A stretch of DNA of 64,000 nucleotides from Daphnia carinata (lineage: Eukaryota): the NCBI RefSeq assembly GCF_022539665.2, contig NC_081331.1, positions 11,780,001-11,844,000 of the forward strand. Reading direction: 5' to 3'. This document shows, in pieces, positions 25,993-39,700 of the stretch (within the stretch, counting starts at the first letter, position 1; every line of letters begins with the position of its first letter). The notes beneath the pieces are model-generated. The model had not been told where the DNA came from. It saw only the letters and a list, made by a program, of their open reading frames with translations, and ran no database searches. Position numbers and translations under genes: made by a program.

Positions 25993-28900
25993 GTGAGTCA
26001 TTTGTCCAGATATACTCCCCCATTTTGTTTCAGATTCATTGTTGTTGTGCTATTTCAAAATGGCCAGTTGCCGAGATGCGTGTGAGGGCGTTATTATACA
26101 AGATGTTGAACCAACATGCTCTTTTTTTTTTTGTTCTGGAAAAAAAAAGAACAAAAAATGTGTTATCCTGTGTTTGGCGGGGGCTGTAGGGGGCGGTCTG
26201 GATATGAGGTAGTGTGCGGGCAAAGGTCGTCCAGGTAATTGCTAACAAGTGGATAACTGGTCGCCAGAGCGTTTATAACAATCTCGCTACGCTATCGTTG
26301 AACTCTCTGTATATTTAAAAAGGAGTACAAATCCTTTTGTGAGTACCAGGTGAATCGGTCGGCTAGCCACTTTGACCTATGGCGAAATGATGCAACCGAA
26401 GCGGTTTTGTTATGTGCCCTTATTTTTCGGTTGGCATGACTTTTATTGGATAACGTTAAGTTGAAAAAGAAAAAAAATTGTATGGAAAAAATTTTATAGA
26501 AGAATTAACGTGTGAAGTAGATGAAATTATGCAAGAGAGGGCGCTCGTTGAGTGCACCATCTTCTTGTATTTATCCCTTCGGGATCTAATTGCGGACGAC
26601 TACCGAAGTCTCTATCTTTGTCTCCTTATCTATATGGTCTACATATTATGTATAGCCATTATTAAAAGAAGGGGGGGGGGCTGCCAATGGAAGGATGGGA
26701 AATGCTAGGAGAACTTGAGCTTTGCAACCCTACAAGAGCCTCACGAAGTCCCGCCACCTTTTTTTTTTCTTTTCCCTCCAGAAGGTCGTACCTGTCCTGA
26801 AAACATTGTCGCCCCTCCATTTTGTTTTTAAAGCCAATTTAAAAGGACACTGCCTCAATGTACTCTGTTACATTCGTCTTGCCATGTTTGCCTCTAACAT
26901 CACCCCTATTTTCACTGGGGACAGTCTTAAAAAAAAAAGGAGAAACAAAAACAAAAGACAAGCGCAAACAATGACAAGGTAGAAAAGCAACAACAAAAAA
27001 AAGACGCCTTAAATATTGGTGGACTTTTAGTCGCCTACCCAAGCCTTTTTTTTGTTTTTGTTTTTGGGTTTTCATGTTTCCCGCGTTTGTCTTCTCATAC
27101 GCGGGATCGGACCGTGAGGCTCGGGATGAAAGGTGTCCGAGGCTAAGAAAAAGAAATGCCTGGTTGTTTTTTTTTATACGAAAGCAAGATATGACGCATG
27201 GGACATCTCGTTTTGTAAAGCTAAAGAGAAAAATACGGGACAGGAACAACAAAGAATTTTCTGATTAAGCCAAAAAAGACGAAGAGGGGCGTGATCGTTG
27301 TAATCGATATATTGATCGCAAAATGAGGGGGGAGGAGGATATTCCCTTTTTTTTTCTTCCCTCTCCGGTGCTAGTTGATAGACAGATACGGCATAGGTGA
27401 TAGAGCTGCACGGGAGTGGGGAGGGGGGGATAAGGAGGGCAAAGTGGTCGTCATGGATGACATGTTGACTAACGTGCGTCTTGGTTGCCTAGATTCGCCA
27501 TTGGTCCAGCGCTTGTGACGAGCTCTTTTTTTTTTTTTTTTTGGCAAGGTGACATTTTTATTTCTCTCTCTCTCTCTCTCTTCGATTCATCGCGTATTTG
27601 ATTCGCTATTAACGAACTCGTCGATGCTTACGCTTTGGGTTGTGCTGGTTTCGTTTCTTACCCACATCGATTTCTGTCTCTCTCTTCTCTCTTCCAACTG
27701 CCAAACTCATCGACCTCTCGTTCCCAATCCGCTACGAATGATTGAATCCTTCAGCCATCCGTAAACCGATATCTAACGCGTTGTAAGTTTCTTTTGCTCG
27801 GCAAGTCGAAGAGATTCAAGAAAAAAAAATGCGTCCCTTTTTTTGTGTGTGTTGTTGTCCTACTCATTTTGCGTGTGTGTGTCCTCTTTTTTTAATTCTT
27901 GAATTTCTTTTCTTTATTAGATTTTTTTTTTGTATCTTTCTCTTTTTGGCAATGGCCGCATTATTCTTGAGATTGCACACACGCACTGTGCCCTCATCCG
28001 GGCCCCGATTATTTACGCGAGCGTGATATGTAAATCATTGAACTAGCTCCATCAATCAATACAGGGTGGCGACGTATGACGAAAAACATCCGCAGGCTAG
28101 CAACGGAAATGTTAGCGAGTGTAGTATATAACAAGCAAGATTTAGATTTTTTTTTTTTCTACCTTCACCTCCTCGAGTAAAGAAATCCCCGCCTCCTTGT
28201 GAATCCGAGTTGCATTACTGCGAACCCCATCGCTGTTTTAAAACTTTTCCCGCACGTTACAATACGCGGGCGGGTCGACCCGCATTCGTTTTTTTTTTTG
28301 TTTAAATAATAATTTGAATGAAAAAAAAACCGCGTGTCTTCACATTCACTCGAATTGCCAATTGCTGATGGGTTTATAAATATTTGTTTTTATTATTACT
28401 GATTGCCATAAATCGGCTTTAAATAACCGTCTGCCTTCCTTTTTTTTCCGGGGGTTACGCAAGTAAACACACTGGTGGACGTGACATCGCAAACGAGTCT
28501 ATTCGTTCGGTGCAGTTGATTTCTGTTTACATTTCGGTACGGATTATTGGTGACGTGTGCCAACACTAAGACAAACAGCGTCGTTTTTTTTTCCTTTTCT
28601 TTGCGTCTTGTGACGGTGGGAGGTCGATAGCGCAATGGGGAGACGAATGTGGGTACAAAACATTGTTCATCCCATATCGTCGCGTCGTCAAATACTGATG
28701 AATAAATGGAGAATCAAAAGATAAAAAAAAAACGGTAGAATGACGCGAGGCATTCGAGAAATAGAATATCTATTTCGTTTTTTTTTTTCTTCTTCTTTTG
28801 TTTGGTTCTGTTTTCGGAGTTTGTTGATCTGGAATGGAGGAGGTAAACGACCTTTTTGGCAATGCTGAAGCATTTCCATCTTTTTATTTCAATTTACAAT

Positions 28901-29831
28901 TCAGTTTATCGTCCTCGCTCGAGAAATTTCGTGCGACATTAAAATATGAGGTCGAACGCACGATAAAATGTTGTAAAGGAATAAACCGTTTGATTCTTGA
29001 TTTTTCTTTTGAAATTTGAATTGTTGATGAAGGGCTGACCCTACCTAAAAAGCGTCTCGCTGCAGCACAGCAATGTCTCATCATCGTCGTATAGTTTTTG
29101 GCTCGTTCGTTTTGTTAATAACAAAACGTAGAGCATCGCTTGGAACGCTTGATATTTTTTAATTACTCTGTGGACCTTTCGTGACCCGCTCCACATCTCT
29201 GCTTCGTTCGCCATCTTGTTTTCCACTCGTAAACGTTCGGGGATTTTAAAATCTCAAAAGCTATAGAATCTTAAGCAATTTTTTAATTCCTTTCAAAAAG
29301 GAGATTTGTTTCTTTCTTGACCAACAGAAGCATCAAAACTTTTGACGACGTCCAAAGAATTTCCCTTTTAAAAAGAATTGAGACGAAATGTAGGAATTTT
29401 CTTGTAGTTGTTCCAGAAAAAAAAAATAAATCTTGAAAAAAAAAAAGAGATAACTTCTTTGCTTGTTGGTTTAAAAATTGCTTGAGGATGCATGTAGCCG
29501 GTAGTCGCAACACAAGTGGGGTCCTTCTTTTTTTTTCCACCTTCTAATCACCTGGCCGTGAGCGAGAACGTCAAACACACATGCCTATACTCGTTCACTA
29601 TACACACATACCGGTCAAATTAGTTCGTCCAACGACACACACGTCCTCAAAGTCTGCACCAAATGCTGCATTGTTTTCGTATAGAACATATTTTTTTTTT
29701 TTTTTTTTTCACTAACTATAATGTTGGCTATATATATGCTGTTGGTCTCCTGCGTGATGGAGGTGGTTGGGCTCCTGTAGCTACTCTGTTTTTTATTTGA
29801 GGGGGGGGGGGGTTCTTTTCCGAGAGCCGCG

Positions 29832-29852
29832 TCATCATCATCATCATCATCA
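29832..29852. repeat. (TCA)7 trinucleotide repeat
   Basis: Read directly from the sequence. Confidence 0.93.
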
Positions 29853-32591
29853 TAACAGTCATCACGGGGGCCCATTGGTCTTTCGTGCCTATTTTGTGTG
29901 TGTGTGTCTGTGTTGGTAGTTGAACGCGTTTGGGGGATTTTCAAGTCTGTTGCCGCCACTGTGCGCTCTGGTTCTATTTTACCATTCGTGGAGATAATGA
30001 GCATAATCAAAACTGTTGTAGTGAGACCTTTTTTTTCCTTTCGTGTGTCTGTATGCAAAGCTTGTCTTTCTTTTTATGGAGAACACGGCTCCAAAAAAAA
30101 AAAAAAAGGTTTTCTCCGTCCCCCCCCCCCCTCCCCCTTCACAATTGCGCTTGAATAAGTAGCAGAGCGTGGAGGTTCCAACAGCAATTCAACAATTATC
30201 GTTCCGCGCTTCTAATCTCTCGTGCGTTTTTAAACATTCACCAGAGAGTTTTTTTTGGATGATTGAATCGTCTAATGTTCAATCTCTAAACTGTTAAATA
30301 AAACAAGAACTCTTGTTGTTTGACTGAGTGGGTCGGCCATTTCTGATCGAATTATGCACACTTGTGTACGTATAATTTTTTTTTTTCGTTTGGCGTTCTT
30401 TGTTGATGGCGTGATGGCCTCATTTTCGCATTCACGAAAATAGCGCCGTCAGAGCCCGTTACGTGTTTGATGGGTTTACGATTCACGAACGGGTCACGTC
30501 CATCTACGTTTGAAACCAAGGCCGCACATATTTGATCGGGCTGGAACTTTTGTGACGGCAAGAGACGGGCCAGCGAGCGAATGGGTGTTTGATGTTTTCC
30601 CCCCTTTACATCGTTCAATACACACAGAGAGACGCTATTGCGCCCGTGCACGGATTGACGTATTTATTTATCACTCGATGCAGTCGCAATCGCACGAAAT
30701 GATTGAGATTGGGAGTGAGAGAGAGAGAGAGGACTAGCGTGAGGCGCGATTCTCATTAAAAATGGGACCGGGGCGTGCTAGTGCTCTCGGTGCTGTGCAA
30801 TAAGTTTTCGTGTACGTCTCTCTATAAACGCATAAAGTCATACAGCACGAAAGGCCCCCCCCCCCTTCCCCTTTCTGCTCCAAAGTCTCGATGGCCTACT
30901 TGGAGTCGGTAATATGTTCAGTCGAGCGTGTCTCCCTACGTCTCCTGGACTCTTCACTCTCTCTCTCTCTCTCTCTCTCACGAGGAGTGGCAAGAGAAGG
31001 GAAAAGAAAGAAAAAAAAAATGATGTTTTCTTCTACTTCAGCCGAATCATTGTCATAGTTTTTCAGCCGTCCGTGACGCTCGATATTAGAGTCTTGCCCC
31101 GTTTCTAGAGCGACACGTCGCAGTTGCGCCATCCACTCGATCAAAAAAAGAAAAAGAAAAAGGGTGAGAATACAATATCCGTTGAGTTCTCTCGCACACG
31201 TTTATCTGTTGTATCGTTTTCTCTTTTTGCCCGTGTCATGGCGCACAACATGACACAGGTTGTAGACTGGACTTGAAACAAAAAACAAAAAAAAAAAAAC
31301 ACACACGCTGGATTCTTCAGAGGTCTGTTGGATAGACGTCTGGTCCCCCTTCTACACCATGAAAATCTATCGTTTAGACGTGTCTTATTTTCTTTCTGTT
31401 TGTTTGGCTTTTTATTTCATCAATAGCTGCCGGGGACGTTTCGATGGGCTTTTGATAAAATTCTTCTTAAAGAAGACCATTTTCATTTTTTGATTTTTTG
31501 AACGTTACAGATTGCGCTCTGCGTGTTCTGGTTTCGGTTAGCCTCTCGTTATGTGGAAGACGGTTCATATAGATTTTAAAATATTCATTTTTGTCGTTGA
31601 CGGACTGACGTCGGACCTCCCAACTGGTTACGATCTTTTCTCCCTCAGTCGACAGAGTCGCAACCGAAAAAAAGAAAAGAATAACGTCTTCTCTGCTGTT
31701 GGGCTGCTATCTCGTCCGTCTTGTTTCTTTTATTTTTTGCTGCCCCGTCTTTAAAAAAAAAAAAAAAACTCTTTTTTTTTTTTTTCCTTCCTCATACAAA
31801 CCCATGTCTCCGTGTGCTGGACCACTTTTTTCTCTTCTTTTTTTTTTTCTTTCCCGTGGTTGAAGCGTGTTCCTTTTTGATTGCTTCAAGGCAACGCCGT
31901 AGGTCTTTCTCTGTCTCTTTCTTGACGGTAACCACCTTCCTCCTTGTTTTCTTTTTTTTTTTTTTTTTATGTTACTTTTCCAGTTTCTCCCGATGGCCAC
32001 AAGACATGATGAAGTGGAGTTCTTCCTTTGAACTCGGCATCAGCAACAACAAACTCAAATTTCAAGAAAAAAGGAAGGCAGTTGTAGTCGAGACAGGAGG
32101 GGTAAAAAAAAAAAAACATAATGAGAGGTGCATAGTAAACGCTAGTAGTCGGAGGGGAAAATAATATAAAAAGAAAAGAATGGCCAGGGAAAGTATTATT
32201 AAGTGGTTTTGCAGCCCCAAGTGTCTTCTTCTGCTGAGGTCACTGCGTCGAGTGTCGCACCGCAATTTTATATTTTTTTTTTTTTCAAACAAGAGAGGCG
32301 ATATCGTATGGTGACGACTGGGAAAAAAATAAAATAAAACACAGACATTATGAAATGACTATTAACAGCCCGTTTCTTTCGAGTCTGCGACCAATCGCGC
32401 TAATGCCCATCATTTGCATCACTCCGCTGGTCCATTTTTTTCCCCTTACCTTTGTGTGTGTGTGTGTCTGTTGTGCACGTAATATTTTTTTTTGTCCTCT
32501 CAGGCTGTGGCCTTTTTTTTTTTTTCACTTGATGACGCGTTACGAAAGTGATCGAGATTCGCCCCGCTTTACCACCACGAAACGATCCCAA

Positions 32592-32606
32592 ACAGCAGGG
32601 GGCGCC
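32592..32606 (+). promoter_or_regulatory. CTCF-like site ACAGCAGGGGGCGCC
   Basis: 13 of 14 positions match the CTCF core CCASYAGRKGGCRS. Confidence 0.4.
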
Positions 32607-33953
32607 ATCAATGAACATGGTAGCCTTTTCTCTCTTGCTACCTAAACCGACCCAATGAGCCAAGAATGTTAACAGCGTTTTTAAAAACATGAACTGCTTA
32701 TTTCCCCGTTTTCTTTTGTCTTTGATACAAAAAAAAAAAAAAAAAACAACCCAAAAAATAGAAAAGAATAACCCCTTGCAGCCGTTTTAAATCAAGCAAA
32801 AAGGGAAGGGTTGGTAATTATGTTTCTGTTTGGAGCTTGGGCAATTAGTTGTCTCTACGAAAACGGATAAAAGGTTGAGGAGGGCTTCCAATCAACAGCT
32901 CTTGCTTCGAGAAGATTCTTTTGTGTTTGTTGTTGTGTTCGTCCTTGCTCATTCTCGGCCAACTATTTATCTATCCATAGCTCGTAAAAAAAAAAAAAAA
33001 AAGAAGGAAAACAACAAGGTAAAAAGAAAACTGGTAGTGTCGGTGGGCGATGAGGACGGCGGGACCATGAAGAATGTGAAAGAGTGTTGAAAATAACGGG
33101 CAGCAAAAAAATGGGGGGGGGGGTACCATCGTGATATCTTTCGTGATGAATCGGAGATGCAAAAAGAAAATAGTTTTCTTCGACTTAAAAAGAGAGAATA
33201 TGGCTGCGAGGAATGGTACTCATTTCGAATCTATGAAAGCCACACATTAGAATAAGTGTTTGCATATTTAGAAAAAGAAAAGGAAAAAAAAAGGGGGGAA
33301 CGATAAGAAACCAAAGTGGGATCCGAAAATAATTTTAAATCGTGCAGCCAGGTATTCCCGCTTCATTTTGCGATGATAGATAAAAAAAAAAAAAAAAGTT
33401 TTTTTTTTTTTTTTTTCCACAGTCTTATTATGTATTCATTTTTGACGAAGAAATGGATGATGGAATCTTGCTCGTGCCGCGGGACGCCTTAACGGGTGGT
33501 CCCTTTTTTTTTTTTCTTCTTTATCATCCATTTTCTAGTTTGTTTACTGCATTGAAAATTTTGCAAATCTTTTTTTTTTTTTTTTCTCCTTTTTTGAAAT
33601 TGTTTGATTTTTATTCTCCGCAACTAGTTGAACAATCACCTTGACATTTACTCTTGTGAATTGTTTAACTCTACAAGGTGAACCGAGCACTCTCTCTCTC
33701 TCTCTTTATTCAAGGTGAAATTATGGATAAAGAAAGTAGGGAGGGGTGTAAAGAGGAACAACTTGCCAAGGACTTTTAAAAAAATATATTTTGAATGATG
33801 GCGCGGTTGATGTCTCAACTGGGCCTTATCCAGATGATGACACAACCGTGTGATTGCTCCGATTTCAAAGTGTTCCAAAAACACAGAGATTGAGGGGGCG
33901 AGAAGCCAGGGGGAGTTAGACTGGAGGGGCTCTCGTTTTTCGGAGAAATTGTT

Positions 33954-33984
<31 letters not shown>

Positions 33985-35377
33985 GGACGAAAATTGACCG
34001 TTGATTGAGAAATTAGATGCGCTCTCTTTGAAACCATCGAGCTACACTGAAAATTGCGTCCCAAAAGAAAAAAAAACACAACGAACCAATTCGACATAGA
34101 ACAAAAAAAAGAGAGAGAGAACATTGTACAACATTTTCTACAGGTACAAGTGTATTTTTTTTTTTTTTTGCCTCCCTCTTTATCTTAAACCCGTAACCAT
34201 TCAAATGAAGGGGCAGCAGCGCGCTGGAGGCGGAACCTTTGGTTAAAAAAAAAAAAAAAATACTAACGTCCCTCATCATCATCGCAGTTCTCTAAATTTA
34301 AGGGAGGAAAAAAGAAAAACAAGTTTTGTCGAGTCGAGAGAAAAACGAAGGGGGGGGGGGAGATATTACGTCTTGCACTGGACGAAGAGTGCTAAGGTAT
34401 GGGAGAAAGATGAAATCGAGGCTACTGCTGATGTGATGGATATTAAAGAGACGAAAGACTTTGGCTGCCGAAAAAAAAAAAAAAAGAAAACAGAAAATGT
34501 TTTATTTTTTGTGGTTCCTCCATCATTTGGCTTTTTTCTACATCGAGACCCTTGTTTGATGCTGTTTACTACTATCAGCATCTACATATTAGTGATGGGT
34601 CTATTGTTTTGTGTTTTCTTTTTTTTTTTTTTCCTTCTATTTTAAAGATCCATCTAAAAGAGAGAGAGAAAAAAATGAGCCGACACAAAAGAATGTCTTA
34701 TGATGATTGCCTCCAAAAAGTTTTGATAGATTCACCGCCGCCATTTGGTCGATTGGTTGTTTGTTTTGAAAAGAAAAAAAAAGACTTCTTTCCCTTTGTT
34801 GTTTTTTTCTTCTATTTCCCTCTTTTCCTTTTTAATTGTTACCCTTTGACTTCACGACGGATAAAACTGGGCAGTCACGCCATGGCGGCAGTACAGGTGT
34901 GTCCCTTCTCTTTGTGTGTGTGTTTTACGTACCGATAGACGCCAAATAGAAACAGTTGTGTGTTAAGCCTCTGCCCATCCGTGGCTACATGGACCGTGTT
35001 GAACAGCGCACGCAATCTGATTTATTTTTATTTGAATCGAGACAGTCATAACCGACCGTGATGGCGTGATTGCAACCAGTGTTGCATTTTGATTTTTTTT
35101 TTTACATTTCTTTTTTTTTTTTTTTTTTTTTTTGTACTCATCAGTGCAGGGCTGATAAGCCAATCCTAAGGTTGGGGGGGAGGGGGGAAGGTAACACAAA
35201 GTCAACAATCTCGTTGAATTTTTAAGGTTAAGCACATTCAGCCGGAGCTAGAAAAAATAGAATTTTTTTTTTTTTTTTAATAATGCAGAAAGAGATAAGA
35301 ACTTGGTTCATGATTCATTGATCTAGTGAAGCCACTCTGAAATGCATGGAAATCGAGTATATGGATGTACGCCATTC

Positions 35378-35559
<182 letters not shown>

Positions 35560-36640
35560 TTTTTTGAGGGGTGGGGGAAGAAAAGCGGGCAGAAGTTCAA
35601 GTGCACACGATCGGGGTGGAAGACTGGAGTCTTCCTTTTCTTTGGGGGCGGCATCCAAGAACATTGAACAGGCTTCGTTCCAACACGGGCGAAAAAAAAG
35701 GAAACATGACAAGTCAACAAGGGCCAGTCAAAATGTAATACTACAATACGAGGGGTGGTGGTGCCTTGCAATCGAAAGGGACTTCTCCTTGATTTTATTT
35801 CATGCCCACTTTTTTCCTCGAGGGGAGACGGACGCAATTCAGGGTGAAGTCGAAAGAAAATCTACATGGAATGACGTACACAAATACGAGAAAGAAAATA
35901 AAAGAAGAGAGGGGAGGGGTAGTGATGGCGGTTCTTGTATACGTATATACAGTATATATATATCCCTACCTGTACGTGGTGGCTCTCGGGGGTCAGGTGA
36001 GGCCTGTAATGGCCGGCAATATAATCAGGTGAAGCGCCCAGAGCGCCATTCGACTTTTGAGGCTCTTGGCCTTTCCTTTTTTTTTCTTCTTCCAGCAAGT
36101 CAAGTCCAGTTGATTTTTTGAGTTTTTTTTTTTTTTTTTTTCTCTTCTCCCTATCCACGATCTTTTATTTCTTGTTTTTCTCCATTCTTCCATCCGTTTG
36201 GAGACGTAGTTGCCCTCTCTTTTGACTTCAAAAAAAAGAACAAAAACGTATTGATGCGTGTAAAACATATATATATATATATATTTTTTTTCAAACCGTC
36301 AGCTCTGTGAATATCAAACAGGGCAAAACCGCCCTACTACCCCCGAGTTTTCTTTCTTTCGGGGGGTAGGTTAATTGACCACTTCGGAGGCTTTTCGAAC
36401 CATTCCGTTTCGACTGTTCAGAAAGAAGGGGGGAAAACAAAATGTATTTTTTTTATTTACTTATTTATTTTTTTTTTTTTCCATCTCTTTTTATTTTATT
36501 TTCTTGAACAACTTTTCTGGTTGTTTGGTGCAGCTTCTTGATGTTTTATGTTCTGCTTCTGTTTCGGTGATATTGATGGCTCCCGGCGGGTTAGTTGATC
36601 CCTCCTGTTCAGTTAATGGTCAGTCGGGTCTTGTCAGTTT

Positions 36641-36643
<3 letters not shown>

Positions 36644-36731
<88 letters not shown>
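36644..36731. repeat. (GT)44 microsatellite
   Basis: Read directly from the sequence. Confidence 0.97.
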
Positions 36732-36735
<4 letters not shown>

Positions 36736-39700
36736 TCTACCTCTGCAACAGAGAAAGCAAAAAAAAAAAAAAAAAAAAAAAAAGTTGGGGAGATGGGAGG
36801 TTTCTTATCAAAGTAATCGATCACTCTATAATGTCGGGACAGAGATCGACTGGCAACTTTAGCAAATCAATCAATGAGAAGGGTCGTGACCATGCTCGTC
36901 CTAGAGGTTACGTCCTATTTTCTTGATCCCTGTTAGAGCTATATTTGCTGCTCCTTTTCACCATATTTCTTCTTCGTGTTCTCTCTTGGGTTTGATATGT
37001 CGTATCTTCAGTCCCTCTCTACAGCCAATGCCAAGAGGTTAGGAGCTCGCCAGTTGCAAAACGGTCGATCCGGAGACGCGGCGCACGCCCGACGTTACCG
37101 ACCCTTTTATCTGCTCACGCGAGGCACAAAATTCTAAACCAAAAAGGAAAAGAAAAGAAAACAAAAAAAAAAAACAAAAAAACAAAAAAACTTTGTGCGT
37201 CAAATCCACTGTGAATGGCGTTCGAAGTTGTTGTCGTCTTCCCTCCTTGTCGTGATTCATAATGAATGCGTGAGTCGCTGACCAGCTGTTGTTCTGTGCG
37301 CTCCATCATCTATGATGACAAGTAACGTCCCCCCCTCTTTCCAACTTGATCCAACAACTGACTTGTCGACCACATTGGGCAAGGGATTATCTTACAGGCC
37401 CGTCAACCTTTTTCTTTTCACTCCTTGATTTCCCTTTTTTTTTTCTATTTTTAAATCTGTGCAGTTGATTGTGGCGCCATTTGAATAGCAATCAAAAACG
37501 AGCTTTAAAATCGCGTTTTCCACACAGTTTGATCGACAATGGCGGGTAGTTTGCGAGAATTAACGACACGGACGTACGAGGCGAACAATTTTGGCGATTG
37601 CCGTTGTAGGTTTTTGCCGTAAAAAAAAAAAGAAAGAAAAAAAAATGAGGGTAGACCCATTTTGGCCCATCCAACCGCCAGTGGTTATTAGTTAAATATT
37701 TAATGAGTTTCGTGCGCTGGCGCTGGAGTCGACTAGCGCTCGGGTTAATTACGATTGAATTATTGTCCATCGTTAAAACACGTACAGACTGGAAGGCGAA
37801 GAATGGGATGGAAACGGTGCAATTGCTACATTGATTCTTGGTGCCGATTTTCTATTTTTTTTTTTTTGAGAAGGAAGAAAATCTGAATTTTTTTTTGGGT
37901 CGTCGTGGTGTGCGCAGTTGAGATCGATGATTCATCAATCAACGACACACGCAATCAGAGAAATATCGACCTGGATGCGACGTCTTTTGTGATGCTACGT
38001 GCATGTCTATGATGGATCTTTGTAGGCGGTAACGTAGCCATTTGATGAAATTTCACGTTGATATGGACCACTGACTTGTTCCGTGTTTGAGAGTCAATTG
38101 CGTGGAACTCCGTGAAATGGGTGGGTCCGTTTGGCCGATTTCGAAAAGGGCGCCAAAACTCATTCCGGCCACCTTACAAGTGAAGGCTCTATCGTCTTTA
38201 TTTGAAAAATGTCGAGGCAAAAACCCTGGTGCAGTTCGGAACGCATCGCAACGTGAATGGGATTTTATTGGGGGGGGGGGGGGGACGTGAAATCGACCTG
38301 ATGCGTGAGCACGACGGTTTGAATTGGCGTCATTGCAATGGCTGAATGGGGCGTGACTCGATTTGAGGGCAAAGAATCATTTTTTTTTTTTTTTTTTCAA
38401 AATCGTTTCCATGGAGATTGAAAAAAAAAAAAGAACAATGTCAAAGTAAATCAGATTGTGATGATTCCCTTTCCTTCTTTTTTTTGTCGATGTCCTTTCT
38501 TTTTCTGCATGGCTTCGCGTGCAGGTTCACATCACTGTCGGGACAGTGTCGTCAAGTACGTTTACCTGTTCTGTTTTTTTTTGTTTTTTTTTAAATCGAT
38601 TTATCTGCTTTTGGTCTCCAAAATTCATACGTCAAAGTCTCTCTCTCCTGTGTGTGATAAACTAACGAAGAACTAAGATTGAAACAATATCACAACGAAC
38701 TCTCTCCCTCCCCCTTCCTCATAAAAAAAAAAAAAAAAAAATTCCAGACGAAATGTGGGAAGAATGTACAGCCTGCGTGATGGCGACGCCTTTTTTTCCC
38801 CCCCTCTATCGATGCATTTAAAAACACGAACGCATCATGCAAGTTTGTGTGTGGCGTGTTATTATTACGATCTAGTTGATTACACGCTCTCGAACACACT
38901 ATGGCGAGAGAATGAGAACGAAAACGAGCAGAGATAATACACATATATATGTGGTATAATACCAGCGGGCGAACGCAGAGTCTGTCGGAGCTCAACTAAA
39001 AATGAAAAAAAAACAAAACAAAAAAATCAATTTTCATCATTAATATAGAAATTTCTTTTTTTTTTCTTATGCGTTCCTTTGGAGATTGGGTATTTTTTTC
39101 CCCATCTTTTTCGACCGAAGTAGAAGTTGCGTGCTGACATTTCTTCTTCTTTTTTTTTCACCTTCTTTCTCCTCTTTTTGCCCCCAAGATGGATGATGGC
39201 CAGCTAACATTGTTCGAAGAATTTCAGATTTCTAAGAGAGTCTTTTATGCGTACGCATTTTACATCTTTCCTGTTCTCATTTTAATGGCCACTTTGGCGG
39301 CTCTTGACTCGATTTCTGATTCACTAGCTCCGCTAGTTTCCAACGATCTGGCACGCACGATTGCCCTACACTTTGCGCAATGCTCTCGGACGCAACTCGT
39401 ATTTTTTTTTTTTTTTTTTCTCGTGACTTGTTTGCGCGTGATTTTCGGTCATCGAGCAATGTGTCAACTTCTCAAACTCTGACAGACGCAGGACGCTTCG
39501 GAGAATGAAGTTTGAGATGTCGAAGCGCCAACTCCGGTTTGTGCGAAACAAGTCGAACGAACGAAAACGACCCAAACGTGTTGGTAAAAGAGAATTGCAA
39601 AAAGAACATGGGCAATAAAACACGAAGCGAAATGTTTGTATCTTCTGTGCCTTATTAGCACAGGTAGCGTCGCATTATGGATTTATTGCCCTTTATTTTT

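Noticed and set aside
26205..26213. let-7-like TGAGGTAGT (also partial miR-1 at about 40015, miR-92 at about 58293 and miR-252 at about 19572)
   Set aside because: Only 9-11 nt match, the 3' halves diverge and no precursor hairpin was seen.
21390..28283. 14 bp perfect palindromes TTTCGTCGACGAAA (21390-21403) and GCGGGTCGACCCGC (28270-28283)
   Set aside because: A few palindromes of this length are expected by chance in 64 kb.
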